Assembly: GCA_036337435.1 (NCBI GenBank)
Contig: JAYZEG010000058.1
Span: 64,001 to 128,000, forward strand
Reading direction: 5' to 3'
Length of the DNA stretch: 64,000 bases
Origin: Myxococcota bacterium
GTDB taxonomy: Bacteria > Myxococcota_A > Bradymonadia > UBA7976 > UBA1532
Shown here: piece by piece, positions 9,030-18,302 of the stretch
Position numbering within the stretch: position 1 is the first letter of the stretch
Layout: each line of letters begins with the position of its first letter
Made by a program: the position numbers and the translations under genes
Notes under the pieces: generated by a model
What the model was told of the DNA's origin: nothing
Database searches by the model: none
What the model saw: only the letters and a program-made list of their open reading frames with translations

Positions 9030-10420
9030 TGATCAGCTTCAACCCAAATATTTTTAGAAAATATGACATCAGGGGCATAGCTGACACAGACCTCACCCCA
9101 GATTTTGTACGATTGCTGGGCAGAGCTTTTGGCTCGATGATCAAGCGACGTGGTGGCCAACGAATTGCCATCGGACGGGATTGTCGCCACAGCGGAATTC
9201 GCTTGAGCGAAGATTTTTCAGCCGGTCTTCTGGAAACCGGGATAAACGTGGTCAACCTCGGTTTGGTGTCCACGCCTATGGTCTATTTCGCCTCGTATAC
9301 ACTCCCGATAGACGGTGCTGTATCCATTACGGGCAGTCACAATCCATCGGATTGGAATGGGTTTAAGTTCTGCGCTGGAACAGCGTCTGTTTATGGCGAT
9401 GCGATCCAAACGCTTCGAGAGATGATTCAAGCGTCGGATTTTGAGGTGGGCGAAGGTCTCAGCGAAAATTCGGATATTTTACCCACCTATCTCGATGCCC
9501 TCGCCAGTCGATTGAACACCATCGAAAAACCCATCAGTGTCGTCATCGACGCAGGCAACGGAACAGGTGGTATTGCCGCAGGCGAACTCTATCGTAGAAT
9601 GGGTGCCACAGTGCACGAGCTGTACTGTGAGCCAGACGGAAACTTCCCCAATCATCATCCAGATCCGACGGTAGAGAAGAATCTCACTGACCTCATCGAG
9701 CGCGTTCAGACCGCCAATGCTGACTTCGGAATCGCATTCGATGGGGATGCTGATCGAATTGGCGCAATTGATCAACGAGGCCGGATGATCTGGGGAGATC
9801 AATTACTGACGCTTTTTGGGCTAGACATTCTCAAGACCCAGCCGGGTGCCCGAATGGTCGGCGAGGTTAAATGTTCCAAAGTGATGTACGACACACTGAG
9901 GCAGGCCGGGGCCAACATCGAAATGTGGAAAGTTGGTCACTCGCTCATTAAGGCACGAATGAAGGAGACAGGTGCCGTGCTCGCAGGAGAAATGAGTGGC
10001 CACCTTTTCTTCAAAGATCGATTTTTCGGATTTGATGATGCCGTCTATGCTGGTGGTCGACTCATCGAACTGGTGGCTCGTTCACCTCGGGGGCTGGACG
10101 ATCTTATGGATTCTTTACCCCAAACTTATGTCACACCCGAGATTCGCGTGCCTTGCTCTGATTCTGAGAAATTTGAAGTCACTGAGAAAGCGGCTGCCCA
10201 CTTTTCGGAGCGCTATTCAGTGTCTCTCATTGACGGTGTGCGAGTGGAATTTGAAGAGGGATGGGGCCTGATCCGAGCAAGTAACACCCAGCCCGTCCTT
10301 GTTGTTCGAGTAGAAGCGACCAGCGAGCAGCGTCGCGACCAATACCTGTCAGAAATCAATAATTGGCTATATGATGAGGCGCCGGAAGTCGTTCTGGATG
10401 CCAAGGGATCTCACAAATGA
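9029..10420 (+). CDS. manB: Phosphomannomutase/phosphoglucomutase (AlgC-type)
   Basis: FRKYDIRG, TGSHNP phosphoserine loop, FDGDADR metal loop, GEMSGH, RASNTQP. Confidence 0.94.
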   Translation: MISFNPNIFRKYDIRGIADTDLTPDFVRLLGRAFGSMIKRRGGQRIAIGRDCRHSGIRLSEDFSAGLLETGINVVNLGLVSTPMVYFASYTLPIDGAVSITGSHNPSDWNGFKFCAGTASVYGDAIQTLREMIQASDFEVGEGLSENSDILPTYLDALASRLNTIEKPISVVIDAGNGTGGIAAGELYRRMGATVHELYCEPDGNFPNHHPDPTVEKNLTDLIERVQTANADFGIAFDGDADRIGAIDQRGRMIWGDQLLTLFGLDILKTQPGARMVGEVKCSKVMYDTLRQAGANIEMWKVGHSLIKARMKETGAVLAGEMSGHLFFKDRFFGFDDAVYAGGRLIELVARSPRGLDDLMDSLPQTYVTPEIRVPCSDSEKFEVTEKAAAHFSERYSVSLIDGVRVEFEEGWGLIRASNTQPVLVVRVEATSEQRRDQYLSEINNWLYDEAPEVVLDAKGSHK

Positions 10421-11229
10421 GTTCGAATAGTTTGGAATCAATTGACCAAATCTCCTATGAATTTTCTTCGGCGGCGCACAGCGATATCGGCTGTGTTCGG
10501 TCGACCAATGAAGATGCCGTTTTCATGAATGACACAGAGAAGTTTTGGGTCGTCGCTGACGGGATGGGAGGCCACGCGTCGGGTCAGGTGGCTGCTAATC
10601 TTGCCGTAGACAGCGTCGCCGATTATATGTCCCGCTGGCGTTATGATAACACAGCACCTCAACCCTTTGATCCCCTACCCGGCGCATCCGTAACTGAATC
10701 AATTGTGTCCAACGCTGTCCGTGTTGCGAATGTCCGCGTTTATAATCGGTCTCAGTCTGATCCAAACTGCGATGGGATGGGTACGACTATCGTTTTGATG
10801 CACTACGATCCTAAAGATGGACTTGCCGTCGCCCATGTTGGTGATAGTCGCTGTTATCGTCTTCGCGGTAACGTCTTCGAACGTTTGACGGACGATCATT
10901 CGCTGGCAGGGGAATTGACCCGGTCCAAATTACTCACAGAGCAGGAAGCTAAACTGCATGCGGGTTCAAATGTCATTCTTCGGGCTCTGGGAATGGACGA
11001 CGATGTACAGGTTGATGTCGCGGTTGTGGAGCCACAAGAGGGTGACCAATATCTGATGTGCTCAGATGGCCTTACGGACTTATTGCACGATTTTGAAATC
11101 GGCCAAATATTGAAAGATCGAGGCAACGACCTCGAGCTTATTGTCAAACAACTTGTGGATGAAGCGAATGCACGTGGGGGCAACGACAACATCACGGCCG
11201 CCATCGTAAAAGTCGCGATTGAAATTTAA
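10417..11229 (+). CDS. PP2C-family Ser/Thr protein phosphatase
   Basis: NED, VADGMGGH, MGTT, HVGDSR, DHS, CSDGL, GGNDNIT. Confidence 0.94.
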   Translation: MSSNSLESIDQISYEFSSAAHSDIGCVRSTNEDAVFMNDTEKFWVVADGMGGHASGQVAANLAVDSVADYMSRWRYDNTAPQPFDPLPGASVTESIVSNAVRVANVRVYNRSQSDPNCDGMGTTIVLMHYDPKDGLAVAHVGDSRCYRLRGNVFERLTDDHSLAGELTRSKLLTEQEAKLHAGSNVILRALGMDDDVQVDVAVVEPQEGDQYLMCSDGLTDLLHDFEIGQILKDRGNDLELIVKQLVDEANARGGNDNITAAIVKVAIEI

Positions 11230-11378
11230 ACGTCTCTCTATCTACCGGTTTGCGAACGTAAAAAGTGTCGAAAAATCGGGATAAATTGGACCCAGGCCGA
11301 ATTGTTGCGTGTTGATGTTAAAGTCCAAGCCAATTCCAGGTATGCTACATGGCGTCGGACTAGAATGAGAGGCAATAC

Positions 11379-12440
11379 ATGGCAGCCCAAGCCAGTTTAG
11401 TTTATCAAGCGGATGATGGAAGTAAGCAGGATCTTGCCCTGAATAAGACGTCGAAGGCGACCATTGGACGCCATCCACAATGCACGCTTTTCGTTAACCA
11501 ACCATCGGTTTCAAGACGTCATGCGCGTGTCTGGTTTGAGACAGACTCTTGGTACGTTGAGGATCTGAAGAGTTCAAACGGGACCTTTGTTAATAACCAG
11601 CGCGTTGATAAAGAGGCCCTTAACGAAGGTGACGAAGTGAGGTGTGGTGACTTTAAAGTAACCTTTTTGGTCGAAGAGTTTACCCGAGAAGTCAGTGACA
11701 TCATTGAGAGTCCGGCCGTACCTCGACTGGTTGGAACAATCGACGATTTAGATGGGCGGCCTGAGCCAGACCCGAAGGTGATTTCGAGACCGACGATCGG
11801 TGTTCAGGATGCATTCGGGATCGATGAGCCAGCCAGCGCCCCCTCTCTACCTAAACAGAAGACCAGTAGCCCTGATCAAGACAAGATGACAGCGCTGCGC
11901 GACGAATTGGCGACGGCACTCAAACGGATCGAAAAGCTTGAGGAGCAAAACCGACACTTAAACAGCAAAGAGGCCGAGTTTGTCAAAGGGCAGACTGAGC
12001 TCATGTTGAAAGCCCAAGAAGCCGATAAACAAGTTGCTCAGTTCCAACGTGAGGCTGAAGAACGAGAGCAAGAATTAGCGCAACTGAGGGCGAGTGCGTT
12101 GTCTGAGGGTCCCCTCATAGAGGAGCTCGTAGACGAAATCGCTGAAGCGTGTGATGACCTGGATGCCTTCACATCAGAGATTCACCTCAAACTTCGGGTC
12201 TCGTCCGCTTTTCTCGAAGATATTGATTCCATCGTCAATTTTGTCGAATCGCTCAGGCACGATCCGTCACTCGATGGAGAACTGAAAAAAACTGTCCAAT
12301 CCTTTGTCGATGGAGCGGATGGCTTGAATGCGACAGCGACCATTAAGTCAGCATTCGGTGAAGCTCAGAAATCCACTCGAGCGAGTCGACGGATCGTCCG
12401 CCTTCTCAGGGAGATCATCAGACCACACATAACGAACTGA
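11379..12440 (+). CDS. FHA-domain protein with coiled-coil C-terminus
   Basis: IGR, VSRRHA, DLKSSNGTFVN FHA motifs; heptad E/Q/K-rich segment. Confidence 0.9.
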   Translation: MAAQASLVYQADDGSKQDLALNKTSKATIGRHPQCTLFVNQPSVSRRHARVWFETDSWYVEDLKSSNGTFVNNQRVDKEALNEGDEVRCGDFKVTFLVEEFTREVSDIIESPAVPRLVGTIDDLDGRPEPDPKVISRPTIGVQDAFGIDEPASAPSLPKQKTSSPDQDKMTALRDELATALKRIEKLEEQNRHLNSKEAEFVKGQTELMLKAQEADKQVAQFQREAEEREQELAQLRASALSEGPLIEELVDEIAEACDDLDAFTSEIHLKLRVSSAFLEDIDSIVNFVESLRHDPSLDGELKKTVQSFVDGADGLNATATIKSAFGEAQKSTRASRRIVRLLREIIRPHITN

Positions 12441-12485
12441 AAAAGCTGATATAGCCTATTTCGGTGAAAAAGGGTGCAACCAGTC

Positions 12486-14294
12486 ATGGCACTGCTTAAA
12501 CGACTTGTTCAGTTAATCAAAAGCCTCTTCGGTGGGTCACCGACCCAGTTAGACAGCGAAATCGAAGTATCGGTCGACGAAACGCTCGCCAGCGAACTTA
12601 CTGAGCCGAAAGCGTCTTCGCCAATTGACTCTGGTGACGCAGTTGACGACACCCTACAAACACAATCGAATCAGACCGAAGATGACGCGCATAACAGTCT
12701 CGTTGAAGAAGGCCAAGACAGTGAAAAGATGTCATCGGACAGCCAAGATGACGGACCTGACGAGAGTGAGAAGAGTGTGCAGAAGGCTGACGTTGACAGT
12801 CTCGAGAAACAGCAGAGAGCGAAGGCAAAAAAAGACCGGCAGAGAGCCCGAAAAAAACGTAAATCCAAAAAAAGGCGGTCGCGCAAAGATGGCAAATCGA
12901 CCTCCGCTGTAGAAGAGAACATCACGACACAGTCGACCGGTGAAGACACATCGAACACGTCAACCGATGAGCCGGACGAATCGGAGGCGACTCACGAGGC
13001 TATTGACACGTCGACTACATCCGGAGACGGCGATGAACTCGCTCAAGACGGTTCCCCGAATACAGCACAAGACCAACTCACGGCTGATGAAGATCCACGA
13101 CAGGACACGGAACCGACTTCGGACGAAGAGGCACTGACCACTGACAGCACTGATGACACGTCGAACACCGACGAAATATCTCACAGCGACGACCAAATCT
13201 CCCAGACCGATACGCCTGACACCGACGGTACAGAAAACACATCGAACATACCGACCACGGAGGAAAAAGACCGGGACGATGCCACCACGGTGGAGACCCC
13301 GGAAGCCTCACAAGGCAAGTCCATAACAACTGACCGTGAAATCGCAGTGGAGACCCCGGAAACCTCACAAGACAAGTCAGTTAAAACCGACGATGATCGG
13401 CACGATGAGGTCCCAAATAGCAATACGGCAACCTCAGAAGGACAGGGCCAGACTGAGACTGTCTCCGACGATACGTTTGCTACCGGGGACCAGACCTCTC
13501 AAAGCGATACGTCTGATACCCACGTGCAGGCCCCTCAAAGCGTTACGTCACAGCCCGACGGTGCAACAGACGGGCTAGACACACCAGCCACGGACGAAAA
13601 AGACCAAGACGACGGTGCAGCAAACGGGCTAGACACACCAGCCACGGACGAAAAAGACCAAGACGACGCTGTCGAAAAGACGCCAGCCTCGGTGTCATCG
13701 AACGCGAGTGATGATGATAGGACGATTACGCTGGACGCATCAGACCTGGTCGCTGCTGAGCATATAGATGCCCTGTTCGATGACGACGTTGATGACATCG
13801 TAGAAATTGACGAAATTATTGAATTAGACGCCACACCCGAAGAAGACGCCGGACGTCAGTACACGACGCCACCAGCGATTCCACCGGCAGTACTCAACGA
13901 TGACCGGGACGACTCAACGGATGAGGGAGTCAATCATGAGAGTCAGGTTAAACCAGACACCAATGATTTAAAAATACACACTAAAAGCAACGCGCAAAGC
14001 CCCAGTCTCATGCCACCTCCAAGCGATGCAGGCGCAGACAGAGACAGAGACAGGCCAGACGAACCGGAACCAAATCGTGAGAACACTCAGGACGATTTTC
14101 ATCAGGCGAGTCCATCGCCGAACACAAGCCAGGTGGACGACCAAGACAACATGGATTCCGAGTTGATAGCAGAGACAGAAAAGACGAGCGCACCCAAACC
14201 AAAGCTGAAACTCGACCTCAAACGAACAACTGCAACATCCGGTGGGTTGAAGAAACTAAACCTAAACCTGAAAAAGAAGACGCAAGACGAGTAA
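12486..14294 (+). CDS. Hypothetical acidic low-complexity (D/E/T/S-rich) intrinsically disordered protein
   Basis: ~600-codon open frame, amphipathic N-terminus, internal in-frame tandem repeats, basic patches; no recognisable fold. Confidence 0.7.
   Translation: MALLKRLVQLIKSLFGGSPTQLDSEIEVSVDETLASELTEPKASSPIDSGDAVDDTLQTQSNQTEDDAHNSLVEEGQDSEKMSSDSQDDGPDESEKSVQKADVDSLEKQQRAKAKKDRQRARKKRKSKKRRSRKDGKSTSAVEENITTQSTGEDTSNTSTDEPDESEATHEAIDTSTTSGDGDELAQDGSPNTAQDQLTADEDPRQDTEPTSDEEALTTDSTDDTSNTDEISHSDDQISQTDTPDTDGTENTSNIPTTEEKDRDDATTVETPEASQGKSITTDREIAVETPETSQDKSVKTDDDRHDEVPNSNTATSEGQGQTETVSDDTFATGDQTSQSDTSDTHVQAPQSVTSQPDGATDGLDTPATDEKDQDDGAANGLDTPATDEKDQDDAVEKTPASVSSNASDDDRTITLDASDLVAAEHIDALFDDDVDDIVEIDEIIELDATPEEDAGRQYTTPPAIPPAVLNDDRDDSTDEGVNHESQVKPDTNDLKIHTKSNAQSPSLMPPPSDAGADRDRDRPDEPEPNRENTQDDFHQASPSPNTSQVDDQDNMDSELIAETEKTSAPKPKLKLDLKRTTATSGGLKKLNLNLKKKTQDE
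13290..13378 (+). repeat. Imperfect in-frame direct repeat with 57-bp period (VETPEASQGKS / VETPETSQDKS)
   Basis: gtggagaccccggaagcctcacaaggcaagtc at 13290 and gtggagaccccggaaacctcacaagacaagtc at 13347. Confidence 0.85.
13557..13664 (+). repeat. Near-perfect 2 x 54-bp in-frame tandem repeat (DGAxxGLDTPATDEKDQD)
   Basis: Units 13557-13610 and 13611-13664 differ at only a couple of positions. Confidence 0.92.
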
Positions 14295-14372
14295 TCAGTC
14301 CCTCTCGGTTAGCGAATAGCCTCCCGATGAGCCAATTCCATGAAGATAGTTGAGATGAACTTGGCCAAAACC

Positions 14373-14665
14373 ACCACACTGTGGTAGACAGGCCTCGAAG
14401 AGTGGAGTGAGTGCGTACGGCACAAACCTTCGACAAACGCTGTCGTCCGGTGACACACCGGAGCTGCTCAGGGTTATATCGGGCGTTATACTTCAACTCT
14501 GATGACGTAATTTATTTGGTATCCACGCGTCGGCCGATTGAGGCCTACGCTTAACCTGGTCTGATACGACGACCAGTACATGCGCGCTGACTTTCGCCCC
14601 GGGTCCAATCAGTTTGGGACTGTCCGAGAGGCACTTGGGAAGCTGGCCGCCAAGAAAGGTTCAAC
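14373..14665 (+). promoter_or_regulatory. Hairpin-rich putative rne 5' leader
   Basis: Stems cgaca/tgtcg (14431-14445), tccggtg/caccgga (14446-14462), gcgt-ggcc/ggcc-acgc (14527-14550), ctggtc/gaccag (14556-14576), gtcc/ggac (14603-14620) in the ~370-bp gap before rne. Confidence 0.5.
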
Positions 14666-17600
14666 ATGAGCAAGCGAATGCTCGTCAATGCAGCTCAAGA
14701 GGGCGAAGTCCGAGTTGCGACGATAGAGAATAGTGTACTAGAAGATTTAAATGTGGCCACCGAAGGCAATGAATTGTTGAAGGGGAACCTCTACAAGGGC
14801 GTTGTGGTGAGTGTAGAGTCTGGGCTTCAAGCGGCCTTTGTAGACTACGGCGCAGAGCGCAACGGCTTCATCACTTTCAATGACATTCACCGGCAATACT
14901 ACAACAAAAAAATCAAGAATGACGGCAAGAGACTCAGGATTCAGGACGCGATTGCGCCCGGTGCTGAATTGTTGGTTCAGGTTCACAAAGAAGAAGTTGG
15001 GAACAAGGGTGCTGCTCTTACGACCGACATCACACAACCTGGACGCTATCTGGTTTTGATGCCTTTCTCCGACGGGGGCGGCGTAAGTCGAAAAATTGAG
15101 AGCGAAAGTGCACGAAAGAAACTCAAAGAAATCGTCAGCAAACTCAATGTCCCGGAGCCCATGGGCGTCATTGTTAGAACGGCTGGTCAAGATCGAACAA
15201 AGGCAGAATTGGTCAAGGATTATGAAGCTCTTGTGAGGAGTTGGGGCCATAGCCAAGCTCGATATGAACAACTAAAGAAACCAGGGTTGGTCTACCGAGA
15301 GCCCGACGTAGTGATCCGTTCCATTCGTGATTATTTCACCGATGATGTCTCGGAAATCGTTGTAGACAATGATTCGGTCATGGATCGCCTCACAGACTAC
15401 TTTGAAAGGCATGCGCCTGACGTTGTCGAACGCGTCAAGCGCTACAGGGGCAAAATGCCGCTTTTCAGTAATTACGGTCTGGAAAAACAGCTCGAAAATA
15501 TCAGCAGCAGCAAAGTCGGTCTTCCGAGTGGAGGCAGTATTGTCATCAACCCAACTGAGGCTCTAATCGCCATAGATGTCAACTCAGGCAAGAGCCGAGG
15601 ACAATCGAATCAGGAAGAAATGGCCGTCCAGACAAATCTGGAAGCAGCGGTCGAGGCCGCGCGTCAACTTCGATTGAGGGATTTCGGTGGTCTCGTTGTC
15701 ATCGATTTTATCGATATGTACGAGAATAAACATCGGCGACAAGTTGAGAAAAAGCTCAAAGAAGCAATGAAACGCGACAAAGCTCGCGTCGAAGTCGGTC
15801 GCATTTCTCGATTTGGACTCCTTGAGTTATCGAGGCAGAGAGTAAAAGCTCGGCTCCTTTCGAGCACCCATAACATCTGTCCGATGTGCGAAGGTTCCGG
15901 GTATGTGATGTCGACGGAAGTCAGTTCAATCACCATGCTGCGACGTTTGCAGGAGCTTGCAGTCAGCGCACCGAAGGCGGCCAGTATTCGCGGCCGCCTA
16001 CCGGTTCCTGTCGCGCTCAATTTGTTGAACTTGCATCGAGCCTCCATCGCCGAAATGGAAGCAAACTTCAACGTAACCATCGAGATCGTGCCCGAGATCG
16101 GTGCCGTCTCTACACGGGACGCGTTTGAGATCATCACGCGTGCGATGACCGAAAAACAGAGTGAAGAACAACGTAATGACCGTCGAGACCGCCGAGATCG
16201 GGGTCGTGGACGCAAACGGTCGAGTCGCGGCGATCACCAGAGAAGCGAGGGCGATCGACAAAGTCGGTCGAAGGGGAGTAGTGGCCCTCACTCTGAAGCC
16301 GAACAACCCTATGAACCACCAAAAGTTGTGGGGTTCTTGGAGCCTGAACAATTTAATGAAGGCGCAGATGAAACAGCGTCATCTTCAGACGAAAAAGGCA
16401 ATGCTGACGCCATACAAACCGCAGAGAGCGATAAACCCCGAGACCGGAGACGTCGCCGAGGTCGCGGTCGACGCGGTGGAACTGAGCAAAAGCAACAAGC
16501 AAAGAGCACTGACAGCAACGCTGCCAATGATGCCGATCGTGCTGAACAAAAACGACTCGCCGCTCGAGAACGTAACAAGGCTCGGCGCAATGCACGAAAA
16601 TCACGCACTTTAGAGCCCGCACAGCAGGCACCAGCTGATGCAGCCACGACCGTGCAAAATCACCACGGATCGACAGTCTCCGAACCAGTAGACACGTCAG
16701 CACAAGCCCAGCAAGACCGAGATAAGAAAGCAAGCCAGAACAACAGACGCGCCGCGAGCCGACTTCGTAATCGACTTGTCCAAAAGGTGAAGAGCACTGA
16801 ACAGACAGAGGAAGCGTCCGAAAGGTCTGTGCAATCAGACATTACACAGGAACCCACTCGTCCCGAAAAACAGGAAAAGCCAAAGAGCGCGTCCAAAGCG
16901 AAAGAAACAGCAAAAGCACGGTTGCAGGCGAAAGCAAAAGCTCAACTTGGAAAAGCACAAACATCGGCTAAATCCGAGAAGAAGAATGCATCGGAGACCC
17001 AAAGGAAAACGAGTACGAAGCAGGAAGAAACTCGTGAGGTCATCGATGCGAAATCGACCAATGCAGCCGACCTAGTGAAGGCAAAATTAAAAGGCCGAAC
17101 AAAAAAGACGTCGGCTCCAGCGAAGTCGCAGCCAGATAACGGTCGAGGGTCAACAACCAAAACCGATGAAAATAACGGTGTAGCCTCCACGAGCGGTGCT
17201 GCAGCCTCGGATAGGGCAGCCGAAGTTCTCAAAGCGAAGATCGCCGGAAAAATTCGCGGCGCGTCTCAAACAGACCCGAGCGTTGACTCTCAGACTGCGA
17301 CGAAAAAGAAGAGTCCTCGGGGCAGTAAAAGTGAGACCAAAGCTGCGACGCCAAGTCGCACAAAACGCACACCAAAAACGACTCGAAATACAACCGAGAC
17401 GGGGCCAGTCAAGAGTTCAGAGGGCGCATCTGCTGAAAAGCCGAAACGCACTCGTCGAACAGCGGCTGCAAAAGATAAGACGCCTGCAGACTCAAATACA
17501 GGCAGTGCAAAGACAACAAGTCCTCAAGACGAAGCAGCAAATCCAAAGCGGACGCGGACCCGTCGGACAAAAACCACCGGCGCATCCGAAACGGCATCGA

Positions 17601-18250
17601 CATCGAAGACAGCGACCGCAAAAACAGAGAGTGAGGGCGCAAGAGGCGAGGTGGAAAAAGCCAAGCCAAGGCGAACACGCTCAACCGCTAAGAAAACTGA
17701 AACTGCGTCTTCGAAAACGACTCGAAAATCAGCGGCCAAAGCGAAAATCGGGGATGATGTTGACACCAAGACAACTGAATCAAGTGCACCAAAAGCGAAG
17801 AGAACGACGCGGACCAGGGCAGGCGCAGCCGAAACAAGCGGCCCGACGACTCAAACCGTAACGGCGGAAAAAACGTCTCGTCGGAGTTCAGCCAAAGGGA
17901 AAGGCACGGAGACAACCGACGCCGTTGAGGTCAAGCCGACGTCAACACGCCGTACTCGAAAGGCGGCGCCCAAAAAGGCTACTGAATCAGCTGAAAAAAA
18001 CGCGGCTACTAAGAAAACAGCCGCCACTAAGAAAACAACGGCTACTAAGAAAACAGCCGCCACTAAGAAAACAGCGGCCACAAAGAAAACAGCGGCCACT
18101 AAGAAAACAGCCGCCACTAAGAAAACAGCCGCCAAGCCCACATCAAGTAAGACGAAGACATCGAAAAAAACGGTTGAAGGGGATGTACCATCAGGTGATG
18201 AACTCGCCCGTCAGAAAGCCGCGTCTGTCATGGCAACGCTGGGTAAATAA
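14666..18250 (+). CDS. rne: Ribonuclease E with very long basic disordered C-terminal region
   Basis: GNLYKG S1 domain, GLQAAFVDYG, KGAALTT, IDVNSG and IDFIDM catalytic Asp motifs, CPMC Zn-link; ~700-aa K/R/T/S-rich tail. Confidence 0.95.
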   Translation: MSKRMLVNAAQEGEVRVATIENSVLEDLNVATEGNELLKGNLYKGVVVSVESGLQAAFVDYGAERNGFITFNDIHRQYYNKKIKNDGKRLRIQDAIAPGAELLVQVHKEEVGNKGAALTTDITQPGRYLVLMPFSDGGGVSRKIESESARKKLKEIVSKLNVPEPMGVIVRTAGQDRTKAELVKDYEALVRSWGHSQARYEQLKKPGLVYREPDVVIRSIRDYFTDDVSEIVVDNDSVMDRLTDYFERHAPDVVERVKRYRGKMPLFSNYGLEKQLENISSSKVGLPSGGSIVINPTEALIAIDVNSGKSRGQSNQEEMAVQTNLEAAVEAARQLRLRDFGGLVVIDFIDMYENKHRRQVEKKLKEAMKRDKARVEVGRISRFGLLELSRQRVKARLLSSTHNICPMCEGSGYVMSTEVSSITMLRRLQELAVSAPKAASIRGRLPVPVALNLLNLHRASIAEMEANFNVTIEIVPEIGAVSTRDAFEIITRAMTEKQSEEQRNDRRDRRDRGRGRKRSSRGDHQRSEGDRQSRSKGSSGPHSEAEQPYEPPKVVGFLEPEQFNEGADETASSSDEKGNADAIQTAESDKPRDRRRRRGRGRRGGTEQKQQAKSTDSNAANDADRAEQKRLAARERNKARRNARKSRTLEPAQQAPADAATTVQNHHGSTVSEPVDTSAQAQQDRDKKASQNNRRAASRLRNRLVQKVKSTEQTEEASERSVQSDITQEPTRPEKQEKPKSASKAKETAKARLQAKAKAQLGKAQTSAKSEKKNASETQRKTSTKQEETREVIDAKSTNAADLVKAKLKGRTKKTSAPAKSQPDNGRGSTTKTDENNGVASTSGAAASDRAAEVLKAKIAGKIRGASQTDPSVDSQTATKKKSPRGSKSETKAATPSRTKRTPKTTRNTTETGPVKSSEGASAEKPKRTRRTAAAKDKTPADSNTGSAKTTSPQDEAANPKRTRTRRTKTTGASETASTSKTATAKTESEGARGEVEKAKPRRTRSTAKKTETASSKTTRKSAAKAKIGDDVDTKTTESSAPKAKRTTRTRAGAAETSGPTTQTVTAEKTSRRSSAKGKGTETTDAVEVKPTSTRRTRKAAPKKATESAEKNAATKKTAATKKTTATKKTAATKKTAATKKTAATKKTAATKKTAAKPTSSKTKTSKKTVEGDVPSGDELARQKAASVMATLGK
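18005..18130 (+). repeat. 7 x 18-bp tandem repeat encoding ATKKT(A/T), histone H1-like
   Basis: gc[tc]ac[ta]aagaaaaca[ga]c[cg] repeated seven times in frame near the 3' end of rne. Confidence 0.95.
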
Positions 18251-18302
18251 TCCATCCTTAACTCATTTCTGGCTCATTGATCTCCGCGTTACGGGAGGTC
18301 AA

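Noticed and set aside
13557..13664. Direct repeat as mobile-element end or att site
   Set aside because: Adjacent in-frame tandem duplication within a low-complexity CDS; no transposase or integrase nearby.
18005..18130. Regular short repeats as a possible CRISPR array
   Set aside because: No spacers, in-frame coding repeats with synonymous variation, no cas genes.
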